A program made the position numbers and the translations under genes. From Myxococcales bacterium (GTDB lineage Bacteria > Myxococcota_A > UBA9042 > JABWCM01 > BTVJ01), in the NCBI GenBank assembly GCA_045863395.1, contig BTVJ01000001.1:224001-288000 (forward strand): a stretch of 64,000 nt of DNA, given 5' to 3'. Shown one piece after another: positions 10,299-20,022 of the stretch (the stretch's first letter is position 1; each line of letters starts with the position of its first letter). A model generated the notes under the pieces. That model was not told the DNA's origin. It did no database searches and worked only from the letters and a program-made list of their open reading frames with translations.

Positions 10299-10577
10299 TC
10301 ACTTCTTCTTGCAGGTCCCCTCGGCGCACTTCTCGACGCCGCCCTCGTCCTTGGCCTCCATCAGGCACTTGTAGACCTCGTCCACGTTCGAGCACTTGTC
10401 GATGACGTGCTTCTGGAGGTCCTTGGTGCACTCCTCCTTGCTGTACTTGCCCCCGTCCATGAACTTGCCCATGTGCTCGCACACGGCGTCCTGGGTGGGG
10501 GCGCCCTTGCACCCTATGGCGCCGACCAGGAGGGCCGCGCCGGCGAACGAGAGAATGGCGCTGACTCGAAGACTCAT
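10299..10577 (-). CDS. Small Cys-rich lipoprotein (92 aa)
   Basis: GAAGGAG RBS; signal peptide ending LVGAIGC; six further Cys. Confidence 0.75.
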   Translation of the reverse strand: MSLRVSAILSFAGAALLVGAIGCKGAPTQDAVCEHMGKFMDGGKYSKEECTKDLQKHVIDKCSNVDEVYKCLMEAKDEGGVEKCAEGTCKKK

Positions 10578-10773
10578 GACTCGCTCCTTCTGCCGCGCGC
10601 CACTCCAGCGCGCGGGAAGCGGCGCCACCGCGGTGGGGGGGAGGCGCCTGGGGGTCCGGCCCACCCTGGGTGGCCACCGGGCGGCACCGGCGGTGCCGTG
10701 GCGGCGAGCTTGGCGCAGCGAGGCCGCGATGGCAACAGAATATCTGGCGGGAAGGCGAAGAATCTGCCCGGGT

Positions 10774-13422
10774 CTACGGCAACCACCCAACGAAGGCGTC
10801 GGTCGCGTCGCCGGGGCGGGCGACGAGGGCCGGGGTCGGCGGGGGGGACAGGGGGACGAGCGCGAGGCGGGCGCCGAGGGCGATGAGGGCCGCCTCACCG
10901 TCGGGGCTCGACGAGAGGAGCGCGCCCACGTCGCCCTCGACCAGGGGTGTGACGGCGCCGGTGTCGAGGGCGACTAGCACCACCCCCTGGCCGGCGCGAA
11001 GGACGAGCCGGTCATCGACCAGCAGAGCGTTCCCGAGGGGCGTGGGGAGGCCCTCGGCGATGACGCGCTGGGAGCCGGCGACGCCGGGGTCGGCGAGGGT
11101 GAGCGAGCCGCCTGCGCTCGCCAGCACCCCGTGGGGGGTCAGCGCGACGCCGACGAAGCCCGTCGCAGGCCCGAGCAACGCGGGCTCCGCGGAGGCGTCG
11201 GTGGGGGCGCTGAGGAGGCCGTCCGGTCCCTGCAGGATCACGCGGGACCCGTCGGCAGTCACCACGAGCGGGGAGCCCTCGGGGCGTTCGAACGAGAGAC
11301 CGGGTGGGGGGCTCCCCCACCGCCCCACGGGCAGCTTCGCGATGACCACCGCCTCGGGCGGATCGGGGCCAACCACCGCGGTGACCAGGGCGTCCGGGTG
11401 GGGGACGGCGGTCGCCTCGATGGAGACCTCGGCGAGGACGCGCCCTCCGTCCGGCGTGGGGGTGACGCTGAGGACCCACCCGCTCAAAGCGCCCACCGCG
11501 AGTGGGGACAGCGCCTCCGTCCCGTCGATGCGGGCGGCATGGAGCTCCGGCGTGTACGACGATTCCTGGACGGACAGCGCCAGCACCCGCTCGCCGCCGG
11601 GCATGGGGTACAGGCCCAGGACCGTGGCGCCCGCATCCAGAACCAGGATCGGCTCACCACCGAGCACGGGCTGCGAGACGACGCGAGCGCCTTGGGGGGC
11701 GACGACGACGCCGGCGTCGGGCAGAGGGAGGGGGCGCCCCGTGACGCCGGTCAGCAGGGTGCGAGGGGCGCCGTGGCCCGCTACATCGAGCGTCACGCCC
11801 ACGAGGGTGGTGCCCACCACACGCACGAGCGCTCCGGCGACGAGCGACGGTGCCTCCGAGGCTCCACCACCAGTCAAAGCCGGAACCGCGGGGCCCCCAC
11901 CGTCGCTGGACACCGCGTACCAGCCGGGTGCCGGGGCCTCGCACCCGTAGACGAACCACCCACCCTCAGTGCGCGGCGCGATCAGCGGCGCCTCGTGCCA
12001 GGGCGTCAGCAGCCGGGGCTCCTCGGTGGGGGACGTGGCAGCCGCGGCGCCGAGCGAGACGGCCTCGCGGGTCACGACGCCGTAGGGGGTGATCAGATCC
12101 CAGGTCCAGGCGCCGCCGAGCGCCGTGGGCGTCCCCCCGGCGGCGGGCAGCACCCAGCTCCGCCACCCGTCGGGCGTGTTCGCCTGGTAGAGCAGGTGGG
12201 TGGCCCCGGTGGAGACCACCGGCCACGGGTAGCTCATGTTGACGATGGGACCCACGTCGTGGACCACCTGGGACTTGGCGGTGGGGCCGCCGGGGAGGAA
12301 GAACCGCAGGACGCGCCCCTCCTCCGTGGCGCCGGCGATGACGTCGCCCGCGTAGCTCGTGACGTGGATGCGCTTGCCGTTCCAGGCGGTGATCTGGCTT
12401 CCGGCCCCGCCGGCGGGCCCCTCGAAGGCCGCCCACTTCTCACCGTCACCCCTGGCGGACCAGGCGACGCGCTCTCCGTCCCGCTGCACCGCGACGTCCA
12501 GGGTCGTGGAGGGCTCCGGGGTGAGGACCACGAGCGCCCCGTCCCCGTCCGCCGAGACGGAGACGAGCTCCCGGAGATCACTGCCTTGCGTGCGAAGCTC
12601 CGCGACCACGCGCCCGCCCGCCAGGCCTTCGAAGGTGGTGGGGCGACCGGGCGGGGTCAGGGGCACGGGGGTGCCGCCCTCGGCCGCGATGGAGTACAGG
12701 CGGTCATCGGCGCCCCGCGCGAGGACGCGCCCCCCGGGCAACGGCGCGACCAGCCACTCGAGTGTGGTGCCTGTCGAGGAGAGGTCCACGGGCTCGCCCT
12801 CCGCCACCGTCCAGACGCGTGAGCCCGCCTCGTCCACCACCAGGTAGGCGACCCACGCCGTCCCGGTCACCCACATGGGGTGCTCGATTCGGCCACTGGC
12901 GAGGAGGCGCGGCGTCGGGTCGGACCCGTCGAGGGCGGCAGCGTAGAGCCCCCCTTCGGCTGCGAACGCGACCTGCCCGCCGGCGTAGCTCCGGTCGAGG
13001 GCGCTGAGCCCAGGCGCCGCGGCCACCCGGATGGGGGCCTCGGCGCCGCTGCCGTCCGCGGGCAGAGCAAACAGCACCGGATCCCCTCCCACCTCCTGGT
13101 AGACGACGACCACCGTCGCGCCGTCAGGCGTGAGCTGTGGGTAGGAGACCGTCCCGGCTGCCCGCTGGTAGCCGGCCCCACGCCGCGGCCCGAGGCGGAG
13201 GGGGGCGGCGGCGCCAGAAGGCCCCACCCCTACGAACCAGGGCACCTCCACGCCAGCGGCCAGCGCCGTGACCAGGCGCAGCGGCGCGGGCGGTGAGCCG
13301 GCGTCGGGCGCGGCCGTGTCGGGCGGGCTCGTGGCGGCGTCGACCCCGGGCGCCACGGAGTCTCCTCCGCACGCAAGGACCAGGGAGGACACGAGAGCGA
13401 TGCAGCGGGTGATGCATTTCAT
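10774..13422 (-). CDS. Lipoprotein with TolB/WD40-like beta-propeller repeats
   Basis: MKCITRCIALVSSLVLAC lipobox; recurring TPDG-type and LYxxxxDG propeller motifs. Confidence 0.7.
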   Translation of the reverse strand: MKCITRCIALVSSLVLACGGDSVAPGVDAATSPPDTAAPDAGSPPAPLRLVTALAAGVEVPWFVGVGPSGAAAPLRLGPRRGAGYQRAAGTVSYPQLTPDGATVVVVYQEVGGDPVLFALPADGSGAEAPIRVAAAPGLSALDRSYAGGQVAFAAEGGLYAAALDGSDPTPRLLASGRIEHPMWVTGTAWVAYLVVDEAGSRVWTVAEGEPVDLSSTGTTLEWLVAPLPGGRVLARGADDRLYSIAAEGGTPVPLTPPGRPTTFEGLAGGRVVAELRTQGSDLRELVSVSADGDGALVVLTPEPSTTLDVAVQRDGERVAWSARGDGEKWAAFEGPAGGAGSQITAWNGKRIHVTSYAGDVIAGATEEGRVLRFFLPGGPTAKSQVVHDVGPIVNMSYPWPVVSTGATHLLYQANTPDGWRSWVLPAAGGTPTALGGAWTWDLITPYGVVTREAVSLGAAAATSPTEEPRLLTPWHEAPLIAPRTEGGWFVYGCEAPAPGWYAVSSDGGGPAVPALTGGGASEAPSLVAGALVRVVGTTLVGVTLDVAGHGAPRTLLTGVTGRPLPLPDAGVVVAPQGARVVSQPVLGGEPILVLDAGATVLGLYPMPGGERVLALSVQESSYTPELHAARIDGTEALSPLAVGALSGWVLSVTPTPDGGRVLAEVSIEATAVPHPDALVTAVVGPDPPEAVVIAKLPVGRWGSPPPGLSFERPEGSPLVVTADGSRVILQGPDGLLSAPTDASAEPALLGPATGFVGVALTPHGVLASAGGSLTLADPGVAGSQRVIAEGLPTPLGNALLVDDRLVLRAGQGVVLVALDTGAVTPLVEGDVGALLSSSPDGEAALIALGARLALVPLSPPPTPALVARPGDATDAFVGWLP

Positions 13423-13550
13423 GGAGAGAGTATGCGCCTGCGAGGGCCAGCGCGCACCCCCTGGAGTTTGCACGGGGCGGGCGCCCTGGGCCGAGTGGCA
13501 CGGAGCCCGGTCCCGGCGACGCGGGCCGGTCCTGTGTCCAACAGTCTCCG

Positions 13551-14003
13551 TCACGCAGGCAAGCGCCCCACCAGGCGGCGAAGGCCTCGGTGGGCCCGGT
13601 GGATCCAGGCCCCGTGCTCCAGGAACATCAGGACGCACTCGCCCTGGACGAGGTCCATCCCGTGCTCGCGCGCCCAGGCGACGGCCTCCGTGGACTCGGC
13701 GCCCTGCTGGAGCCAGACTCGCCCGATGCCCGCAGCGTGCGCCTGCTGGACGACCTTCAGGGCTTCGGGCGGGGGAACGACCACGACGACCCCGTCCACC
13801 TTGCCTGCCAGGTCCATGAGGGAGCGGGCGCAGGGGTCACCTTGGATCAGGTCGGCCGCCGGGTGCACCGGGAACAGCTCGTACCCCTTCGCCTTGAGCT
13901 CCCGGTACGCGTGGTGCCCGAAGCCCTTACCGGAGCGCGACGCTCCGACGAACGCGAGCCGCCGGCTCGCCATGAACGCATCCACCGCAGCCTTGCTGGT
14001 CAT
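13551..14003 (-). CDS. CoA-binding protein (CoA_binding_2)
   Basis: AFVGASR, VHP, VVVVPP, VWLQQG, GECVLM motifs; GGAGG RBS. Confidence 0.9.
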   Translation of the reverse strand: MTSKAAVDAFMASRRLAFVGASRSGKGFGHHAYRELKAKGYELFPVHPAADLIQGDPCARSLMDLAGKVDGVVVVVPPPEALKVVQQAHAAGIGRVWLQQGAESTEAVAWAREHGMDLVQGECVLMFLEHGAWIHRAHRGLRRLVGRLPA

Positions 14004-14311
14004 GACGCCTCCTTCCTCCGGCACCCCACGCGCCGGGGTCAACGGGTAGAATAGCACGGCTGGGAGTGGGCGCATCGGGACGCAGGAGTCACCCCCGGCC
14101 ACCGGAGCGGCAGCGCGCCGCATGCGCCCGGCCGTCTCTGCGCCACCCTTCCCCGCGATCCGTGGCCCTGGCCGCTACGGCCCGTCGCACCTCGCTTCGT
14201 TCCCTCGCCGTAGCTCCGACGGCCGGCCGGGCGCGGTGAGCCCGCCGGGGCGCTGGCACTACCTGGGCGGAGTCAGCGCCCCGTGCGACCGGGGCCCGCG
14301 CCCGGCGGTCG

Positions 14312-14689
14312 CTACGCGCCAGCCAGGTCATCCACCAGCGTTGCTCCGATGAAGTCGTTCTCCGTGAGCGCATCGACGGCGTGGGTGCGGAACGCGACGC
14401 GGACCTGCCGGTAGTAGAGATGAACGTCGGGGTGGTGCCCCTCCCGCTCGACCAGCCACCCGAGCGCGCCGATGAACGACAGCGCCTCCTGGAAGCTCTG
14501 GAACTCGAGGACGCGCTCGATGGCGCGCTCGTCCTCCGAGAGCGACCAGTGGGGGAGGCGCCCCACGAGCCGTCGGGCCTGCTCGGCGGGAAGCGGCTCG
14601 AGCTCCCCTTCGCACGGGACGCACCGCTTGCGCACCAGCGATCCTCCCACCCAGCGGTGCCCCTCCAGCTCTCCAGCGGTCTTCGTCAT
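14312..14689 (-). CDS. phhB: Pterin-4-alpha-carbinolamine dehydratase
   Basis: CVPCEG N-terminus, EGHHPD, THAVDALTENDF. Confidence 0.9.
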   Translation of the reverse strand: MTKTAGELEGHRWVGGSLVRKRCVPCEGELEPLPAEQARRLVGRLPHWSLSEDERAIERVLEFQSFQEALSFIGALGWLVEREGHHPDVHLYYRQVRVAFRTHAVDALTENDFIGATLVDDLAGA

Positions 14690-14779
14690 GGGATGTCCTC
14701 CCGGTGGTTCGGCCCGTCAGCCCGGGCTCTGGTGCGTGCCGAGCGGGCGCCGAGCGCTACACGCCCTCCGCTCGGCCGC

Positions 14780-14805
14780 TGTAACGCCGGACCCGATCCC
14801 GCCCC
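14780..14805 (+). promoter_or_regulatory. Putative ECF promoter (weaker copy of the shared motif)
   Basis: TGTAACG-N13-CGCCCC upstream of the small ORF at 14860. Confidence 0.4.
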
Positions 14806-14859
14806 TCACGCTCCGACGGGGCGTACGAGGCGCCCGACGACGACCCCAAGGAGGATCCC

Positions 14860-14991
14860 ATGGCAGCGATGTGCCCGATCGACGGTTGCAAGGCGAAGAA
14901 GGGAATGTGCATCCACGACAAGCTCATGATCGCGATGGCGGCGGTCCTGGGGCTCCTCGGGGTCGCCCACTGGGGCCTCCACATCATCTGA
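14860..14991 (+). CDS. 43-aa small membrane protein with Cys/His motif (not in the ORF track)
   Basis: AAGGAGG RBS; MAAMCPIDGCKAKKGMCIHDKLMIAMAAVLGLLGVAHWGLHII*. Confidence 0.75.
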   Translation: MAAMCPIDGCKAKKGMCIHDKLMIAMAAVLGLLGVAHWGLHII

Positions 14992-15008
14992 CCCGCTGGG
15001 AGCAACGA

Positions 15009-17240
15009 ATGACGGCCCTCATCGACGTCTCCCGGGGTGTGACCCTGCCGCCCCGGCCCACCCCCACGTTCCCGTTCCAGGTCGGCCGCCGCGTGGGGGA
15101 GGGCGCCATGGGCGAGGTCTACTACGCCGAGGACCTGGAGCTCGGCCGTCCGGTGGCCATCAAGGTCATCCGGCCCACGTTCCTCGCCGCACTCTCGGAG
15201 GACCAGGCCCACGACGCCGCGCGACGCTTCCTGCAGGAAGCACGGGCCGCCGCAGCCCTCACCCACCCGGGCGCGACGACCGTGCACAGGGTCGGCACCG
15301 AGCACGGGCGCCCCTACATCGCCATGGAGTGGATCGAAGGTCGGCCGCTCGACGCGGTGCTCCGACAGGACGGCCCCCTGCCGGTCGAGGAGGCGGTTCG
15401 CGTGGCCGTGCAGGTCCTCGACGTCCTGGCGGCGGCTCACGAGGCCGGCATCGTCCACCGCGACGTGAAGCCAGGAAACCTGATGCTCACGCGGGACGGG
15501 CGCGTCAAGGTCACCGACTTCGGGATCGCCCGCGTGCAGGGCTCCGACCTGGCGCGCACCCAGGCGGGGACCGTGCTCGGAACACCCCACTACGCTGCGC
15601 CGGAGCAGCTCGCCGGCCGGTCCGTCGATTGCCGCGCCGACCTCTACGCCGCGGGCGCGGTCCTTTACGAGACCCTGGTCGGGCAGCCTCCGTTCGACGG
15701 GGCGACCCTCTACGAGGTCATCCGTCAGGCCGTGCTGTCCGAGCCGGTCCACCCGTCGGACCGGGCCCCTCGCGTGCCGCGAGCTCTCGGGGACGCGGTG
15801 CTGCGAGCCCTCGCAAAGCAACCCGACGACCGGTTCCCCGACGCTCGGAGCATGGCGCGGGCGCTCCAGCCCTGGATTGCGGCCCCGGCTCCCACGGCGG
15901 ACACCGTGCTCTCTGGATCGGAGCCCATGCCGGTCACCGACCCGACGCTCTTCGTGGCCGGCGCCTCGGCGGGCGCCATCGTCGCGGCGCTGGTGCGGTC
16001 CTGGCCGGGGACGTCCCTCGGCGCCATGCCACCCGGCCGGCTCCTCGCCCGCCTCCACGAGCGCCCGCTCCACGCGGAGGCGTTCTGCGGCGGGGTCGAG
16101 GTCGGCGGAGCCACTCTGCTCGTCTTCGACGGCGTGCTGCACGCGGCCCTCGACCCGACGACCGGCGCCAGCGGCGACGCGGTGCTGGAGTCCCTGCCCG
16201 ATCCCGCAACTGCGCGGCTCTGCCCGCTCCCGGCCGGGCTGGACCCCCGCCTGATCCCGCTGCTGGCGGCCGCCGCAAGCCCGCGCCCACCCCGCCTGAC
16301 GGGGCTCGACCCGGCCTTCGCGAGCCTCCCGCACCTGGCGGCCCGCCTGGCCAGCGAGGGCTTCGACGGTGTCCTGCGCTTCGAGGGGGAGGGGCGCACA
16401 GGCTTCGCGCTGTTCAGCCGGGGCGCCCGCGTCCTCGACGTGTTCGGCGAGGGCTGGGCCGAAGACAGCGGAGCCGGCTGGGAGCAGTGGATCCGGTCCA
16501 GCGGGGCCCTGGCGAGCGTGGAGGACCTGGCGCCGCAGTTCCCGGCCTGCACCTACCGCCAGCAGCTCCGCGACGTCGCCCTGGACGTGGTCCGGCCCCA
16601 GGCGGCGGCGAGCGGCCTCCGGGAGGATGCCCGCGCGGAGGCGCAGGCTCTGACGCTCCGCCCGCGGGAGGCGGCCGGGGCCCGCCGGCCGGGCGACACC
16701 ACGTTCGCGGCCCTCCTCGACGGGGACCCCGCGGCGGCGCTGGCTCGCTGGGCGCTCGTGGATCTGGCGCCCCAGTTCCAGCAGCACGGTCGGACGGCCC
16801 GTTGGAGGGCCCTCGTCGAGCCCCTCGACACCGTCCGTGAGGTGCGGCTCCACCACGGGCTCCCGGTCCCAGGCGGGGCCGTCGAGGTCTTCGACGCCGT
16901 GACCATTGGCGAGGATGGGCAGGTCTGCCACGTCCTCGACCGGGTCGCCAGAGCCACCCCGGAGGCAGTCGATCACTTCGTGCGCCGCGCGCTCGCAGCC
17001 AAGGCTGGAGCCGCCGGCGCCGGGCTGTCCGGCGCGATCCTGGTGGCGCCCCGCTTCGACGATGACGCGCTGGAGGGTTACCTGCGAGCGCTCCGGCCGG
17101 CGAGCCGCGCAACGCTCCTCCGCACGTTCGACGCCTTTACGCACCGTGAAGGCTTCATCCGTACGGGTGCTCGGGCCGGCATGCACGTGCTGCTCGTCGA
17201 GGAAGACGGCGAGCGGCGGCGCCCCCTCGTCCCGAGCTGA
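15009..17240 (+). CDS. Hanks-type Ser/Thr protein kinase with large cytoplasmic C-terminal region
   Basis: GEGAMGEV, VAIK, HRDVKPGN, DFG, GTPHYAAPE, DLYAAG. Confidence 0.9.
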   Translation: MTALIDVSRGVTLPPRPTPTFPFQVGRRVGEGAMGEVYYAEDLELGRPVAIKVIRPTFLAALSEDQAHDAARRFLQEARAAAALTHPGATTVHRVGTEHGRPYIAMEWIEGRPLDAVLRQDGPLPVEEAVRVAVQVLDVLAAAHEAGIVHRDVKPGNLMLTRDGRVKVTDFGIARVQGSDLARTQAGTVLGTPHYAAPEQLAGRSVDCRADLYAAGAVLYETLVGQPPFDGATLYEVIRQAVLSEPVHPSDRAPRVPRALGDAVLRALAKQPDDRFPDARSMARALQPWIAAPAPTADTVLSGSEPMPVTDPTLFVAGASAGAIVAALVRSWPGTSLGAMPPGRLLARLHERPLHAEAFCGGVEVGGATLLVFDGVLHAALDPTTGASGDAVLESLPDPATARLCPLPAGLDPRLIPLLAAAASPRPPRLTGLDPAFASLPHLAARLASEGFDGVLRFEGEGRTGFALFSRGARVLDVFGEGWAEDSGAGWEQWIRSSGALASVEDLAPQFPACTYRQQLRDVALDVVRPQAAASGLREDARAEAQALTLRPREAAGARRPGDTTFAALLDGDPAAALARWALVDLAPQFQQHGRTARWRALVEPLDTVREVRLHHGLPVPGGAVEVFDAVTIGEDGQVCHVLDRVARATPEAVDHFVRRALAAKAGAAGAGLSGAILVAPRFDDDALEGYLRALRPASRATLLRTFDAFTHREGFIRTGARAGMHVLLVEEDGERRRPLVPS

Positions 17241-17455
17241 CCGCGCTCCGACGGGGCCGGTCTGCACCGAGCCGCTCGTGGGTCGCAGACGGCCGGCGCC
17301 GCGTGGTATGAGTGCGAACGTTCGAGGACGTACCGGGCTGGCGGGTGGCTGACAGGATCGAGGCGAAGCCAAGCCACCTGGCCGGCGTCCTGTGTTGCGC
17401 GAGGGCCCGACTCCGCCGGAGCGGGACCAGAGACGCCTTCCGGGCGACAGGGGAC

Positions 17456-17481
17456 CGTAACGCCTGCGTCCCTCCGCGCAC
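17456..17481 (+). promoter_or_regulatory. Putative ECF promoter upstream of the sigma gene (possible autoregulation)
   Basis: CGTAACG-N13-GCGCAC. Confidence 0.55.
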
Positions 17482-17556
17482 CGACCGCTCGGCGGCGCGC
17501 GGCCGGACCCCGCCGTGGAGCGCGCCCCACTGCTCAACTCAGCTCGAGAGGCATGA

Positions 17557-18393
17557 ATGACCGCTGACGACGACTTCCTGGAGCGGCTCCGCGAGCGCGA
17601 CCGCGAGGCCTTCGCGGCCCTGCACGCCGAGGTAGGCTCCGCGCTCTTCGGGTTCGCCATGACGCTCGTTCGCGACCCGGACCGGGCCGCCGATCTCGTT
17701 CAGGACGCCTACGTGACGGCGCTGCGCAACATCGACGGCTTCCGCGGGCAGTCGTCCGTCCGGACGTGGCTGTGCGGGATCGTCGTCAACAAGGCCCGGG
17801 AGCAGCGGCGCCGCACGATCCGCGAGGTCCCGGAGTCCTCCCTGCCCGACGAGGTGGCGGATCGCTTCGGCGGGGACGGCCGATGGCAGGATCCGCCAGT
17901 GGGGTGGGACGAGCCGGGCGCGCGCATGGACCAGGACCGCCTGGCGGCAGCCGCCCGGGAAGAGATGGAGCACCTGGGGGAGATGGCGCGGACGGTCATG
18001 GAGATGTGCGATCTGGAGGGCTTCACGCCGGTGGAGGCGGCGGAGGTCCTGGGGCTCACGAACGGAAACGTGCGGGTCATCCTGCATCGGGCACGGGCGA
18101 CGGTGCGACAGCGCTTGGAGAGACGCCTCCAGGCGGAGAGAGCTGCGCGGGGCCAGGCGCAGGCGCCGGCGTCACCGGAGGCGTCCGGCGGGGGTGCCCT
18201 GTGCCTGGCGCTTCGGGTGGGGCTCGACCGGGCACCTGCGACGTGTGGTGCGCCTCCCGCGTGCCGGAGGGAGGCCGGGGACCTCGTGCGGCGTCCCTGG
18301 CGGTGGCTCGCGGGGGCGCTACGATCAGCGCTCTCCACAGCCACGTGGCCCGCGACTTTGTCTCTGCTGCCAGCGAGGGTTCGGTCATGCTGA
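17557..18393 (+). CDS. ECF sigma-70 factor with C-terminal extension
   Basis: DLVQDAY, FRGQSSVRTWL (region 2), RFGGDGRW linker, EAAEVLGLTNGNVRVILHRAR (region 4). Confidence 0.9.
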   Translation: MTADDDFLERLRERDREAFAALHAEVGSALFGFAMTLVRDPDRAADLVQDAYVTALRNIDGFRGQSSVRTWLCGIVVNKAREQRRRTIREVPESSLPDEVADRFGGDGRWQDPPVGWDEPGARMDQDRLAAAAREEMEHLGEMARTVMEMCDLEGFTPVEAAEVLGLTNGNVRVILHRARATVRQRLERRLQAERAARGQAQAPASPEASGGGALCLALRVGLDRAPATCGAPPACRREAGDLVRRPWRWLAGALRSALSTATWPATLSLLPARVRSC

Positions 18394-18644
18394 CCTGCAA
18401 GGAGCTCGTCGAGAAGATCGGCGATTACCTCGACGGAAACATGGGGCTGATGGATCGACTCGGGCTGCGCATGCACCTCATGATGTGCGGGCACTGCTCG
18501 ACATACTACGCCCAGATGCGACAGATGCTCGATGCTCTGCACGCGCTGCCTCCCGGGCACCTGCCGCCGGACTTCGAGATGATCCGCGCGGCGGTGCTGG
18601 CTGCGCTGGACGCTGAGCCCGAGGGGTCTGGCGGCCCGCGCTGA
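18387..18644 (+). CDS. zf-HC2 (ZAS) anti-sigma factor
   Basis: MLTCKE...DYLDG...HLMMCGHC (HxxxCxxC); overlaps the sigma stop. Confidence 0.85.
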   Translation: MLTCKELVEKIGDYLDGNMGLMDRLGLRMHLMMCGHCSTYYAQMRQMLDALHALPPGHLPPDFEMIRAAVLAALDAEPEGSGGPR

Positions 18645-18681
18645 CCCCGCGCGGTGGAAACAGCCGCACGATGATTTGTCG

Positions 18682-18707
18682 CGTAACGGGCGGCGCCGAC
18701 CCGTCAC
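18682..18707 (+). promoter_or_regulatory. Putative ECF promoter upstream of the P460-like gene
   Basis: CGTAACG-N13-CGTCAC. Confidence 0.65.
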
Positions 18708-18804
18708 GCACGCAGGGGCTTGACCACCCACATCGGCGCGCCGCCTGATTCAGAGCCCGGCTCGGTCGGGACCGCCGCCACCACGAACCGGAGAGGAGAG
18801 CGAC

Positions 18805-19869
18805 ATGAGGATTGATCGAGCGCTGCTCGCGCTGGCCGTAGGCATCGCGGCCGCGGCCTGCGGAGACTCAGACGACGGAGCGACCCCGGGCGGGGGAGCC
18901 GAACTCACGGACGCGGGCAGCGGCAGCGACACGGGCAGCCCAACCGACACCGGCGGGGGCACCGACGCAGGCAACACCGATGCGGGCAACACCGACGCAG
19001 GCAACACCGACGCGGGCAGCACCGACACGGACTACACGGACGCGGGCAACACGGACGCGGGCAACACCGACACAGGCGGCACGGACGCCGGGGGCACGCC
19101 GACGCCAAACCCCATCCCCAGCGACTACAAGGCCACGTTCACGAAGGTCACCGACCGCGCCAAGAGCGACACCCACGAGGGGATGATGGTCGAGGTCTGG
19201 ATCAACGACCTCGCGAAGGCGGCCTTCGACGCAGGCGCGGGACCCTTCGCGGAGGGCTCCATCGTCATCAAGGAGCACTACGGCGACGACACGACGACGG
19301 ACGTGATGGCCTGGACCACCATGGAGAAGCGATCCGCCGGGTACGCGCCCGACACGGGCGACTGGTACTGGGCCAAGGTCATGGGCGACGGCACCGTCGA
19401 GATGGACGGCACCCCAGCCATGTGTACGGCCTGCCACGCCGCGGCGAAGGACAAGGACTGGGTCTTCACGCTCGAAGAGACGACCGCGTCCGGCAACGAC
19501 CCCGTACCCGACGACTACAAGAGCACCTTCACCAAGGTGACCGAGCGAGCAGTGAGTCAGTCGCACGAGGGGATGATGGTGGAGATCTGGGTCAACGACA
19601 CAGCCAAGCCCACGTGGGACTCGGGCAGCGGAGTCTACGCCAAGGGCTCCATCGTCATCAAGGAGCACTACATGGACGAGGCGAGCACGGACGTGAAGGC
19701 CTGGACCACCATGGAGAAGCGCGAGGCTGGCTACGCTCCTGACTCGGGGGACTGGTACTGGGCCAAGGTCATGGGCGACGGCACCGTCGAGATGGACGGC
19801 ACCCCGGCCATGTGCGTGGGCTGTCACTCCACGGCGAAGGACGTGGACTGGGTCATGAGCAAGCTCTGA
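18805..19869 (+). CDS. Lipoprotein with two tandem cytochrome P460-like domains
   Basis: Lipobox AAAAC; TDAGN linker; two copies of GSIVIKE...MEKR...GDWYW...CxxCH...DWV. Confidence 0.8.
   Translation: MRIDRALLALAVGIAAAACGDSDDGATPGGGAELTDAGSGSDTGSPTDTGGGTDAGNTDAGNTDAGNTDAGSTDTDYTDAGNTDAGNTDTGGTDAGGTPTPNPIPSDYKATFTKVTDRAKSDTHEGMMVEVWINDLAKAAFDAGAGPFAEGSIVIKEHYGDDTTTDVMAWTTMEKRSAGYAPDTGDWYWAKVMGDGTVEMDGTPAMCTACHAAAKDKDWVFTLEETTASGNDPVPDDYKSTFTKVTERAVSQSHEGMMVEIWVNDTAKPTWDSGSGVYAKGSIVIKEHYMDEASTDVKAWTTMEKREAGYAPDSGDWYWAKVMGDGTVEMDGTPAMCVGCHSTAKDVDWVMSKL
18961..19092 (+). repeat. 15-bp coding tandem repeat (TDAGN linker)
   Basis: ACCGACGCAGGCAAC-type units, about 9 degenerate copies. Confidence 0.8.
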
Positions 19870-20022
19870 CCTCGGGCGGAGTCCGCGGCGCGGTGGCTTG
19901 GGTCGCGTGCGTCCAGCCCCGCGTTCCCGCGGGAGGGATAGCCCCAGGGGGCGGGCGCTCCGGCCCTCTGGTCCCGCACCCTCACCCCCGGGGGCACATC
20001 CCCCCGCTCGACCAGGAGAACG

